Shown here piece by piece: positions 51,019 to 64,000 of a DNA stretch of 64,000 bases; position 1 is the first letter of the stretch, and each line of letters begins with the position of its first letter. The notes under the pieces are model-generated. The model had not been told where the DNA came from, did not search any database, and saw only the letters and a program-made list of their open reading frames with translations. Both the position numbers and the translations under genes were made by a program. This DNA comes from Owenia fusiformis (lineage: Eukaryota): the NCBI GenBank assembly GCA_903813345.2, contig CAIIXF020000001.1, positions 45,694,001 to 45,758,000 on the forward strand, given 5' to 3'.

Positions 51019-53129
51019 TGTTAATAATATGAGTTATGGCATTCTAAGGTGGCAGTTACTATATATTTAGCGGTTTTATAGTATTTTCTTTCTTTACGTG
51101 ACCTTAACACATTTTCATTATAAAGGAGAGAATTGTTTTGCACTGTGAAAATTAACATATATAAGGTATACTGCAGTAAACTATTTTTTGAAATATTTCA
51201 AAAAACGCTTGCAAATCATCTAAATTATGACCGGAAATTTTTACCCCTTTCTAGGCTCGCCTTGCATTTGCTCTAAATAATAATGTTCTTAATAAGTCTT
51301 ATAATATTACTTTGATTTTTTATCCGAAATACGAATTGCTAGAACTGATATTATAAGTATATCATAAAGTGACGTTCATCATGAAACTCACATGAGGAGT
51401 GGCAGGCACGAATTTCTATATTTTAAACCGGGAGACATTCGAACACAGTTAACCCTGCAAGGAGATCGAACATATTTTGGCGAGAAAAAACTTTCATTGT
51501 TGGTAGTATAGTAGTTCATTGCAGAGAGGGTAATTTATACAGAAGTATATGCGGAGAAAGGGTGTCCACCATAAGACAGGTGTTCACTAAAGAGTGTTCA
51601 CTTAGACAGGTTTTTACTAATCATCATAATTTTAGAGTAATTTCGGATATTGATGTGCAGGGTCCGATTACTGAAGCACATGAATCGGTCAAAATGGCTT
51701 ATATTGATAACTTAATAACGTTCCATTCTGTAGTGATCAATTATTTTGATTATATAGTTTTGGTGTTATAATCCGTGAAATCTTATTTATAATACATTGA
51801 ATAGGTCTAAGAGCATCTTCTCAAGTTCTCAGCCGCCGGCTAGTGTAATGTCTACCTTGAGTGTCAGAGTATAGTATATGCTTTACATGTAGACGAATTC
51901 GAAGCTCTCGTGAAAGGTAGCAAAGTCAAATTATTGGAGAGGGTAGAATCGTACCACAGATGACAACCTTTAGAGGCCTGACTCTTCCTCTGTTTGACAT
52001 CATGTTTGGCATGCTTACTCTCAGGATGATCCTTTGACATATATTATATTATACAGTTACATAACGTGATCGAGTGTTTGTTCTCATCACTAACTAACGT
52101 TAATATAACAGGGAATGATACATTTTGTAGCAATCGGGCTGGTATTCTTGAAATATTTCACATTGTTCGTACCATCAACTTTTTTATGAAGTTTTAAACA
52201 CAAAGGTGCGATAAACTCAATAGTTTATGTTTCGGGGTTCCGACATTATCTCGGCATATTCCTTGTCTTAGTCTACCCCAGCCCCTCGTTAAACAGAAGA
52301 CATCAGGTGCGAATATAGAGTTAGTTTATCGAATAATTGAATTCAAATTGCAAATTTAAGTGTTTGAAAGACATAAATAAAACAAAATTATTACCCATTA
52401 ATCCGGCATTTATTTTACTTATATGCCTATACTTTGACCAGACCTCACTCATATTTATAACAACAAATGCATTATTTAACCAACAAATGTATTCAGAGTT
52501 TGTAACATCTCAACTCAAACTAGGTTGAGGGATTAGATTGTCTATTTTTTGTAAATTATATACAGTGTGTCGATTTCTCAAGCTGTGCCAGCTTTTTCGT
52601 CCAATACTGACATGTTTAGTGCTAGTGAAATATTACTAGAGGTAAAACAAATGTTTATTGGGCAACATTATACCGATATATAACCATCGTGCTGTTACTC
52701 CAATATAACCTCATTTACCCGGGGTCCAGTCGACGAATTCCATTGAGGTAACCAGTGACCACTCAAAGAAATGTAAACAAACACTGATAAGATAAATCAA
52801 TCATAAATGGGTGAATATGAATATCAAAAATTGATATTTCTGACCAATGGATGTAGCCTAGCAGCAACTGGTTTCGGAATATCCGGCATCGAAATGCAAC
52901 CCTTAATTTCAATAGTTTGATTTTACTACTAGGTTTTGCGGCCCTGGGTACAAAATATAATCCATTATGCCCCTGTTTTTACCCCCTGTTTTTTCAACCT
53001 AATAGAAGATTGGCTCCAGGCCCTGAAGATGCAATTAAGTACAAGTTGTATCAAATATGTACATAAACGCGGGACTATATACGCACTGCATCAAGTATAT
53101 GCTAAATGTATTATAAATAAATGACTTAC

Positions 53130-53436
53130 TTTGTATAATAGTGGGGGGCCTGGGGGTTGTTGATATTGGTGCCGTGGGAGCAGGGACTCCTTGACAGACT
53201 TCCCAATAATCCGGGCAGCAATCTGGATTAGGCCTGTCGCAGAATATATCGCAGTAACACACGGTGTCTAATATAGGCATTGAACATTCATCTATTCTGC
53301 CTGTGCAACATTGATCACCTCTTGATCTCCTTGAGCAAAATTGTTGGCCCGCAAAATCTGCGAACTCTGGGGGTACCGCATAAACTACCCCGAAGTACAT
53401 AGTGCAGACCCATAATATCAGTGTAGTCCTTGTCAT
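53130..53436 (-). CDS. TINAGL1: TINAG-like protein, exon 1 (signal peptide and somatomedin-B domain)
   Basis: MTRTTLILWVCTMYFGVVYA signal; CCTGRIDEC...CYCDIFC...DCCPDYWEVC; donor CAA A|gtaagt in phase 1. The nine exons sum to 1548 nt, i.e. 515 aa plus stop. Confidence 0.92.
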
Positions 53437-55998
53437 TTTGTTTTAATTTCTTAGAAACTGTTGTAATTGTTCTGCTGGGCTGTTTTATCCAGTTATTAGG
53501 TATTGGTTACCTTTTCGGATTGACTCAATTAGAAATGTATCCCAATGCGCCCTGCCTTACTGGTCTGTCGCTATTCCTAACTGCCACCGCTTGCGGCCAA
53601 TAAGTAATGAGTGGCCCGTCTGTACCAATAATGATAACGTTACTTTTTTCAACAAATTATCATGGTAGTAATCACTTGACCAACATTCGTTAAATTTTAT
53701 GTTTCATATATAGGCTGTTGATAAATTCCCGTGATTAGTCATATTTTTGATTGACGAGTTTGTTCTATTGTTGAGTTTTGACTTCGACTGACTTTATCTG
53801 AAGAGCTCTCCCGGGTCACATCGATCTCTTACCCTCTTAAAACGCCAGTCTTGTTTTAGCCCTTGTTGTGAGTTGTTGTTATATTTTCTAAAAATGAAGA
53901 AGTGGGAATTGTTATACGTATATTAATTACTTGTACGTTGTTTTCTACCTGTTGAAATATGGTATACTTGAAAGAAACAAAGACTATCTCGACCTCACCT
54001 TCGATGTAGATAAATCACGCGAGCAAAAACATATGTTTTAGGCCCTAAGTTTATACTGTATATTACATGATGTAGTAAAAAGTTTTAAATCAGCGATATC
54101 AATCGGTCCCAAGGTGACCAATCTACATACATTGTAAAGAGGTATTTGATTTTATGGACGATACGAGGGTGATTCAATTAGATCTTGTTAAAAACCATTA
54201 AGAAACACTCACTTAAAGGGTTAAACATTACGTAAACATGAATCAAAAGTCTTAAATGCATGCCCCGATAAGTCAACACTAGTTTATCATTAGCAGTTGC
54301 AATGTTACCATCAGATTAAAACTAATTCGAAATGATATCGCCAAAAACCAAAAACAAATTGCTCGTCCCTCGTATCCAATTTGCTGAATATATATTATTT
54401 ACCAAGGACCAGTCACGTTTTGCCATATGTTACAATTGTACCTTAAGCTATTTTCTTTTTTCTTTCAGAGTTTAAACTGTTATTTGTAAGAAGTGAACTT
54501 GAAGACCTACTATGCAAACAACCTAATATACCAGACAATCAAAGGTTTGAAATATGCGAAGTCGAGTTGAAAACTACGAAACTACAAAACAGATCAAAAG
54601 TAAAATGTTCTATTCAAAAATGGTTTATAGACCTATGATGGTCTATTTTGTGAAATAAAGGCCCATTGTATAAATCCGAAAAACTATACACAGACGAAAC
54701 ATGTAGTACGAAACATTGTATCTAATCCTTTGGAAATATTTTGTCTTGTGTTAAGGTGAACCTTCTACCCAGTAGAGCTCATATGCATGTTAGCAAAGTT
54801 ACACGAAGGGGACAAAATATCAAATACACTTTGACAAGCCTTAATAAAAAAAATGATTATAGAACAGTATAACAAAGTGCATCATTTCCTATTATCAATC
54901 ATGTTGCGTTCTTGATTATACAATCCATGTCAATGTAAAATCATTACAATTGTAAAATATATCACGAACATTGTTGACTTACGAATTCATTTTTGAAACA
55001 ATTCATCAACCTTCTTATATGACCTTAATTTGAGGTTCATAAAACAAATATGTATAGAAATATTTTCTGGACATTAACCCATATCTGAGTTGTGAACGCG
55101 CAAAGCTGAATTACCACATCTCCAGAAGAATGTAAATACACTCCTCCCTATAAAAGTTTGGAAACTGTACTTATAAATTCTAATTTTAGACTAAAAACAT
55201 ATTGAGTTCCAATACATGAAATCCCCCAAATTTTTTTTTCTCAAAATCTCAAAAATTGATGACTGGTGAATTCAATTATTTATTTTGTCAAATAAAGTGC
55301 ATTCATTTTATCGACTATAACATGTACATCCTTTCGTTTAATTTGCTGCATTCGCATACATTCTTTGGAATCTATAGAACTTCCTATCAGCGAAAATTCT
55401 CCAAAATACATATTCCCGACTTGTTGTGAATGAGGGAAATTTTGAAGGAAAAATCGTATCCATTGAAAGAATGTCGACTGATATTTATAGAATTTTACTG
55501 ATTTTGCAGATGAAATTGGCGTTAACCCACAAAATCCAATGGGATATTTGGGTTGCCAAACTTATGGACGATAGTGAATTTTGTATATCACATACAGTAT
55601 GTATTTATCAGACAGGTAATTAATTAATGCACTACATAGTTAATCATATTCTACAGACTAAACAGATGGTATTTTTGCATCTACGCTCGTGACGTAGGTC
55701 TGACCATGGTATATCATTTATAAAAGGAATAAGTTTAATGTCTTATAGCACCCACGCAACTTCAATACGTCATTATCGGAATTTACACTTAAAATGGATG
55801 CTACATTATCCTGTGCTGTAAAAGGAGATCATCTTTTGACTTTCAGACTGGAGGAAACAAACCATAAATTCAAGGATCTTTGATGCATGGCAAGATAACT
55901 TTGAATTATATCTGTTATAGCATTCTGATACTCATAGCATCTTTCTGTTTCACCTCAGGGCTGAGAAGAAATGAGATGTCATGGTGTATCATGATGCT

Positions 55999-56153
55999 GT
56001 TATAGCGTTTGATTGCGTCACCATCTAATGCGCAGCTCTATACGTCCATAAGTGTGATAGTCTTACCGTAATACGTAGACGACGATTATAAGAATGTCAC
56101 ACTTATGGACGTATAGAGCTGCGTCATAAATTATGACGTAATCAAACGCTATA
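55999..56153. repeat. Imperfect palindrome (probable non-autonomous element)
   Basis: ttatagcgtttgattgcgtca..gcagctctatacgtccataagtg / cacttatggacgtatagagctgc..tgacgtaatcaaacgctataa. Confidence 0.75.
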
Positions 56154-59063
56154 AGTTATACGTTATACGGGAATACTATACTAGTACTCTCTGCCCTTTA
56201 TTAACACTTTTTCACATGGCAAGGGCATAGATTTGCTTTCAGTCTGGGGGGGTGCAAACGCTCAAATTGTTTTCGGTTTTCAGTCAGGTGGGTGCGATCG
56301 TTGAAGAAGCAAGCCAAAAACAGATTTTTAAGATTTGTTTTGAATTTTACAAAATATTGATCTGTAAATGCGGGCGATCTTTAGCTTTTGAGAAGAGACG
56401 TGACTAATATCATGAGCAACTTGAGCATTGCTTTTAATAATTTTATGGCTCCTTAATCTGTTTTTTTTTCAAGATGTGATCAGCAGAAACTGATGAACTG
56501 ACCACGTATATTACAAGGCAGCAAATTCCAAAATATTTCTCATTCGGCGCCAGCTGATTCAACATCTCATCATCACATGCATGCGTATCTTTACTCTAAA
56601 TCATCTAAAAATACTAACGTATGTATGATGATTTTGGAATTCATACCCTGCGCGCAGAGTCTAGTTACAAACGACGAAGACGAAGATTTCTTTCGAGAAG
56701 GGAAGTCGAACGAATGCAAAGGGTAGGAATTCAGGGCCTAATATTAAAATACGATTTTCTCCGGAAACCCCGGTTTCTAATACCATGGCATTCTTGGGAT
56801 GCACATTTAACGTAATTGGATCATATCTTAATGTCATTACACCGATTTATAAACTGTGCAAACATAGACACACTCAGCATACCAGGCTGATATCATCCAT
56901 TCAAAGGTCTTCATTTATTACTCAATCCAGAAAGAAGTGAAATACCCTTGGACCAAGGATGGGCTGATATCATCTTAGGATTTGTGACTCCCTCTTAATC
57001 GGGATGTCATCGTATAAGAGCTCAATTTAAACGAGATTGGCAAAAGTAACTCATTATATCACGACATCTCAAACTTGAACAAAATATCACCACCTGCCAT
57101 TTGCTACGCCAACCGCCATTCGGTCAAACAGCGTCCAAGAAAAGTTGGAATGGTGACATTAAGACAGAAAGATGTGATGAGTATCAGAATATGATCATTT
57201 TTACTGTTGCAGTGCTGCATGTAATTTTGTATACGTGTGCCATGATATATGAGTTTGGCGTATTTCTAAAGATTGTGGCTATTTAAATTGACTCAAGAGC
57301 CTTAAGTGGAGACTATAACCATGTAATGTCAGATAAGAGCATTTGAGGACCCAACTTTTTGACTTCTGCTAGTTGTTGCTACCGTTTTACAAAATAACAG
57401 TCCACACATTAATCTATATCCTGTCACTTTATCTTCTATGGCCTTCTCTATGGAATGATTTATTTTTTGTTTTCATCATTTTCAATGATCTTCAATCCTC
57501 AAGGCACTTAACGAGATATCACAAATATGAAATGTTTCATCTGGTATTAATGATTTTTCCTTATATAGAATACCTTGAGTAGTTCGTTAAGGTGGGACCA
57601 GTAAGACCCTATGCTCAAGAAGGCACTATCGCAAAAAAACTACGTGTATGTATAGTATGTTTGAGTTTAGAAGCCTGGGTACCCACTTTGTCTAACCATG
57701 CTCTCTCATTTGTTCTCTACCTTGAAATACTAGTATGTACATGTGCAGTAGATATAATTATATAATGAGTTACTTTTGCAAGTTGTAAAATAGAAAGAAG
57801 TTTCAAAAAATATCCCCTGTACCTACCTTAAACGTCAAAGTGTGCAGGTGCACCCGATCAACAGAGGGCAAAACAAGCTTGCAAAGTAATGTAGGAATAC
57901 TTTACAAAAATCACAGGCAGGTGGCGTAATGTATGCTTTTTCAATGTAGGTTTGGAGCTGTAATTTAAGTTATTAGACTTAACAAAAATAGTTATCCAAA
58001 ACAATGAAAGACATTTTAGAAATTCCAAATCTAAATCTGCGAACTATATCAAGGTCGTTCTTTTTCTTAGGGTGCATTCGTATTTTATTTGCACGAGTAC
58101 TATATTCTAGTGTTATGGATTAACAGGAATTACATGATACGTCATGTGCCTGTGTTGAGAATTGTTCACACTTATCGACAAATGTCATATTCCAAATGAC
58201 ATAACATCCGTTTTTGTCGCAATGTTTTCATATATCCTGTAGTATATCAACTAATCTCTTAAAGCTACAAAAGACCGGTAATAAATGTGTCGATTTCTTT
58301 GCTTAGTTGTTCAGAATGTCTAAAGGCAATAACAATTCATCTTAGTCAAAACAAAACATTATGTTAGTATGCCTCTATGTTGTATGACATACTTGTATGT
58401 GTGTGTATCACAGTATCAAATCTGGGTCTTGTGATATTAATGGGATATAAATCGCCGGGTGTCAAATAAGATATATAAATCCTCGGATGTAAGAGGCTTG
58501 ATCAGAGAAAACATTCGTTCCCATCAACATCAACTCAAAATAATCTCTAGGAATGCCCTTTGCAATCCTTCGATTCCGCTTCTAAAGATTCAGATACCGG
58601 TGTAATTGCCCCTACCCTCAAGGACTCAGAATCATAGTGTGATGATATGTTTGCCTCAAGCCCTGTCCATGCCCGGTCCGAGTCAATTAGAGTCATATTA
58701 GTAAAGCTTAAAATGCAGTGGACCCAAATGGAAGCCGAGAATAGTTTTTTTATTTACATGTCTGCAATTACAACACGCAATCACACTTACATACTGTAAT
58801 AGTAAAATAGTTTCTTTAAGTCTCACACATACATATATACAATAACATATTAAAAATAGTTTAAAAACATACAAACTGTAACATTAACCTTTCCCCGGGG
58901 CAATTACTATAATGACAACGTACACGCAAACTCCTTAGTCAGAATTTAAAGTCAGAAATATAGCACGTAGGCTGGTCTGGTGTATGTAAATATGTATTTT
59001 AGTAAGTAAAATTCAGACTAGGAAGTAGGGAAGGAGGTGGTACTATACTATAATCTAGTATAA

Positions 59064-59202
59064 CACTGGCGGATCCAGGCCATGCCCCCCCCTCCCCCTT
59101 GGGCCCAATTTTTGAATTTAGGAGCCAATCCTTTTCAGAAGTGCGGAATTCTTTTTCTGATTTGAAATGTGGGCCACCTTGTTAGCTCCAGATCCTCCAG
59201 TG
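59064..59202. mobile_element. Short CACTGGCGGATCCA MITE, TSD TATAA
   Basis: TATAA|CACTGGCGGATCCAG ... CAGATCCTCCAGTG|TATAA. Confidence 0.75.
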
Positions 59203-59491
59203 TATAACGTAGTCTTAATCATCGTATTTCATCAAACAGTAGATTTATTGTGTGGATTAGTTTCGTTCGTTCCAAAATGGCCAATATCTGAATGTATTAC
59301 ATACCTAGCGAAGCATTTGTATGGAAGTCAATGGGAAAGTTAGCGAGCTATATCCACCGATATTGCCCGATTACCCCGATATAGCCCGCTTACCTCGTTT
59401 TGATATTAGATTTCTTAATAACCATGATAGTATCATGACGTCACGTCATTGATACAAAGTAACCATGGGAACAAAGGCATGTAATACATCA

Positions 59492-59603
59492 GTTATGTCA
59501 CTATGACGTGAAATATGCCTTCGTTCTTGCCCAAATATAGAGCCTCCCAAGGTCGGCCTATATTGGGAGAACTCAGGCATATTTCACGTCATAGTGACAT
59601 AAC
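59492..59603. repeat. Hairpin with 29-bp perfect arms
   Basis: gttatgtcactatgacgtgaaatatgcct / aggcatatttcacgtcatagtgacataac. Confidence 0.85.
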
Positions 59604-61750
59604 CTCTAAATACTGATTCCGATTCATCTTAGCTATACAGACTAGGACTCGTTCTACAGAAAGGATTCTTTAGTGAAAGAGTAGGAACAGTGAATACAAC
59701 AATGATCGAAACTGACTCGGTCGATATTCAGAATTCACTTTTTAAAGTTTATGAACAATAATGGCCTTCTTGGAGATTATATATTTATGTCCTGGGCAAA
59801 TGATGATACACTCGAGAGTGTTTCTCTTTGGGTTATGATCATCCCGACCCAATTTCAGTGTCTGCACTCCACGTGTAGTTAGCAATTCCGATAGCTGTGA
59901 TGGTAGCATTAGAGTCTGACAATGCCCCTAGCGAGTGACCTTGTGTCAACATAATGGATAAATCACAACACCATTTTCAATTATTGTGTTGAACCCTAAT
60001 ATCAAATCAAAATGTATTTTATTAATATTTAGCCTAAAGCAGGTGCAGTAAGAAGGTCGGTTATTTTTCAAAATTTTTGGCACTAGTTACAGATTTCCTA
60101 CCCTTCTCTATGTACAGCCTACTTTAGTCTTGGATGAGATACTTACACTTTTGTAACGGAAGAAGCAATTGCGACATGACATTGAAAATTGAGTTGTGTC
60201 ATGTCGGAAACAAAGCCCCAAAGAAAATTGATATTTCCCATTCAATTGATACTCAAGATGATATTGATACTCATTACACCTTCCAATTTTGTAACTGCAA
60301 TTGTGATCTATCTCTATAGTTCTATCCTATCTGCATTCAATCGACTTCCCTTCTTAAAAGAGAGCTTCTTCTTCAGTAGATTATAGTTACATGCATTACT
60401 AGACTCTGCGCTCAGAGTAACTCATCTTAAAGTTGAAAAAAGGAGAACATCTTTTTCAAGTCTTGGGGATCACTTGCTGATTCAACTGTTTCGATATGGA
60501 ATTCGGATGTACAGGCTGAGCCAAAACCGCGACTTTATTAATTTTTGATCCAAATTCACAATTTGCATACCAAGTGAAACTTAGGTTGCAAACTAGGCAT
60601 TCATTATGAATTTTACATTTCTACTAATTGTAACAGCGTCTCACCTTAACATGCGGTTTTCTTGAAAAATAAACATAATTTGCATAAAACCTGAGAATGT
60701 TTTAATTTTTTGCAAAACACAATGATTTTAAAAGTGATTCAATTTAAAATGTTAATATGCCACAGCAATGACAAATGTTTAACACACTGATATAGTGCAG
60801 TGAAAAATTGGAGTGGATCGAAATTAGCCTAAATCAGTAACTCAAAGAAACTGGTGTTTCTCAAAAGTTAGATAGTGGTCGTCTTAAATCATACAAGTAG
60901 GACAGTAAGACGACACCAAAATCAAAGCAATCTTGCATTTGCATGTGCAGTTAGGAAGATAGCTGAAAAAGACAAAATAGACTAAAATAGTACATCAATG
61001 AAGTGCCTAACAATGGAATATCTAGAAATATAAAGAACATTAATGTGTTCCACCGGGACAGCACATCATCACACGGGTAGCCGATACCATTGCATTTTTG
61101 GAGGAGAATGCACCTGGACTGGTATGGCTTGATGGCCACTCCGCTAATATTCCCGATGCAAACTCATGTGAATCTAGGGTATGAGAAGGTTTTCAAGAGA
61201 TGTATTGCCAAACTAAAGCTGGCAAATAAGACAAGTCGGAAGAAAAAAATTGACCCACCCTATACTGGGTATCCTGGGTGTCTGTGTAAAGGGAAGAAAC
61301 TTCACCGAAACCCTGTATAGAGATAAAGCACCGATCGAGACCTGTGCTTAAATCCTTAAACCGACGGTTACACATTGATAATATAGAATAGCAAACAATC
61401 TTGGTTGATAAATAGTCTGCCCACTAATAGTCTATACAATATGGAGCGTTCTTTCCATTTCTGATATACCTGCCCCCTTTACTAAATAATAAATTCTAAA
61501 AGCAGTCCTTCACGAGACTGGCCGAATTGTATGCGGCGCCAGCGATTTGCGATCTTTCTGATCCTTCAAATTTCTATACTAGAATATCTTCCCTTAATCT
61601 TGGCCCTGGATCAAAACTATAATTCGGTTGTTCGATGTCACTTTGAAGTTTAAGCGACTCTAAAACGCCTCTAAAACGTGAACTGCACTTTAATGGGAAA
61701 CCTTACAAGCTACATTTAGAATCATAGATCAGCCTGCAGAGATACAGTAT

Positions 61751-61976
61751 CACTGGCGGATCCACCCCCCCCCCCCAGGTGGGCCCAGAAAAAATTATCT
61801 TGCAGGGCCTGAACAAGTGGACCTTTTTGGGGCATTACTTGGTCTTTTTTGGGCGCTTATGGGCCAAATTATCAAAATTTGGGCACAATCTTTGGATATA
61901 CATGTAGTGTCCGCGCTTTTCCCGATTTGAAATTTTGCTCCCCCCCCCTCCTTGTTAGCTTCTGGATCCACCAGTG
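61751..61976. mobile_element. Short CACTGGCGGATCCA MITE, TSD CAGTAT
   Basis: CAGTAT|CACTGGCGGATCCA ... TGGATCCACCAGTG|CAGTAT. Confidence 0.8.
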
Positions 61977-64000
61977 CAGTATAGACGTTGGCGAATTGCA
62001 ACTATTTAGATTAGAAAAAGATTTTTTGAATGTAGACTGTTTACAAAAAGCGTTTTAAATTGAGAACTAAACTCCAGCAGACGTACGCAAGTTGAAAATC
62101 TGCAAAAGATGATCTGTATTGCCCAGATGTTTAAAACATGATCGATTTTACTAGAGACATCGATATTCTGACAAAATGTCATCTGATCTTGATGAGTGGT
62201 AAAAGTCAAGTAAAAAAACTAAAAGTCCTCGTCCTGCCAAAAAGCCATACAACTGGTGTATGCAGTTAGAGTTCACACGTACAAATGTGTCGTTTCAGCG
62301 TGTAACGCGTGTCCGCAAACCAGCGGATTGTAAAAGCACACGCAAACCTTCGAGTGTCTACGAGTAAAAGTAGTGCTGTAAAAATCGGACACCTGCAGTC
62401 ATCTTGATGATTTCTGAGATGTCAGATATAAAAGAGTACGATCACCATGGTATAATATTACAGCAATCAGTTCATTTGAGTTGGCAAAACAAATATTTAA
62501 TAACTTACCCTCAGTGTCTTCAGTAAAGACCGGTTTTCTTTCTTCCGATATTTCCCAAAATGTATCTCCCCAAAATAGTTCTATCCCATTGTACGACAGA
62601 ATGGGCCGAATATTGGCTAACAAACAAACAGCGACCACCCCTCTGTTTAATTTCTAGATACAAATCCGCTAAAACGATACCATAAATGTTTATTCTGCCG
62701 CCAAGAACTTCTCTATAGCTGTTACATAAACATTTTCTCTCATACTAAATATATCTTATACTCTCTTATACTAAATATAATCTCATTATTAACAATTTGA
62801 CCAACATAACAAGAGGTCAAAATAGTTTGCATTTTATTTTCTCATGGCATTTATAATAGCAAATATAAACCCATTCGACTAAGAAATCCGAAATGTTCGT
62901 GATAAGACAATACTAGTACCTACAATATGACCTATGTATTTTAACTATGACATGTCCCGTATGGTCTGAACATCATCATGACCATATACATTGTCATAGC
63001 AACGTGTGATCGTTTGGTCTTAAAATGGGATCATTTGGAAGCTTAGCAACGTGCCCATTTGGTCTTAACAACAGGATCAGTCTTCAGTTAACAACAATGC
63101 AAATGAACGAATCCACCAAACGCAGCCTTGCGAATTGGATAAATATATTGTCTATTCTGGCGATTTCTATCTCTATTCGCAAGACTGCGTTTAGTAGGTT
63201 CGTTCATACTTGTATATTCAAGTCCTACAAAAAGTCGTAAAACGGGCTAAATCTAAACACAACTTGTTTAGGTGTCTCAATATTGTATTTGTATAAAGTT
63301 TGTGAAACAAAGGGTTTATCTTAATTTTCATTTATTTTGGGGGCGTTTTGTTTTGATTTTTTGTATACTTTTTGTTAAATCAACCAAATTTTCCTTTGAA
63401 TAACTATAGTATTGAGGGGTCTAAGAATATATTTTGTTCCAACAAGGTTCGGAAAGATATTTTATTTCATTCTCAAGAATTGGTAGAAAGGAACAAAAAA
63501 CAATCGCACTAAAAAACAAAAAATGTTAACAAAAACAGTTATTATAAAATATACATAGATAATTTTCGCATTAACTTGCATGTTGTCAATCAGTCAACAT
63601 TAAATAAAGGACCGTGTTTTTACAGAATGTTTTCAATAATTGGTTTAAGAGAAAAACATTGTTGAATTCAGTTCACCATATCGATACCAATCCTTTACAT
63701 TTACACATTGGTGTCGTCAACGGGAATCATTATACCGTATTCATGTCTATTGAATGAATACTATGCTGGCAGTTTTAATTTCGATGCACAGTAGGCCTAT
63801 AAATTAAATGCTTTTTCAAAAAAAAGATGTATGTCATACATGTTTTAACTCCAAATATCTTATAAGAAACGAGCTTGTTTAAAATATGGATCAGAAAACC
63901 AGCTTGAGAACTATCAATGGTATATTACTATTTCTGGTGTAGTCTAAGAAAACACTGTACCTGAATTTTGAAAAGAGCTACATAAAATGTATATGGGCGA

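Noticed and set aside
60510..61318. Intact mariner MITE
   Set aside because: The TACAGG...CCTGTA ends match over only a few bases; probably unrelated fragments.

Overview
AT-rich, intron-rich metazoan genomic DNA, probably from an invertebrate such as a mollusc or other lophotrochozoan (inferred from the repeat landscape). There is one 23-N assembly gap. Three host genes can be reconstructed by hand. (1) A divergent G-protein alpha gene with Gs-type exon structure on the minus strand: exons 1-4 lie at 20721-11132, followed by a near-identical partial duplicate of exon 4; no later exons were found in the window, and the ORF track catches only exon 4. (2) An intronless BLOC1S6/pallidin CDS on the plus strand (23238-23915). 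(3) A complete 9-exon TINAG/TINAGL1-like cathepsin-B-fold pseudo-peptidase on the minus strand (53436-33334, 515 aa) with a Lys/His-rich tail. The rest is dominated by nested non-autonomous DNA transposons: Tc1/mariner, Academ, Transib-like CAC elements with 5-bp TSDs, Harbinger-like, Kolobok-like and HINE-like elements. The most unusual structure is a pair of diverged, directly oriented, TTAA-flanked Kolobok-like elements (22619-23114 and 39328-40319). Their terminal repeats match crosswise (outer with outer, inner with inner), and both keep an NRF1-like/TATA/GGTAAG module. One copy ends 123 bp upstream of the BLOC1S6 ATG.
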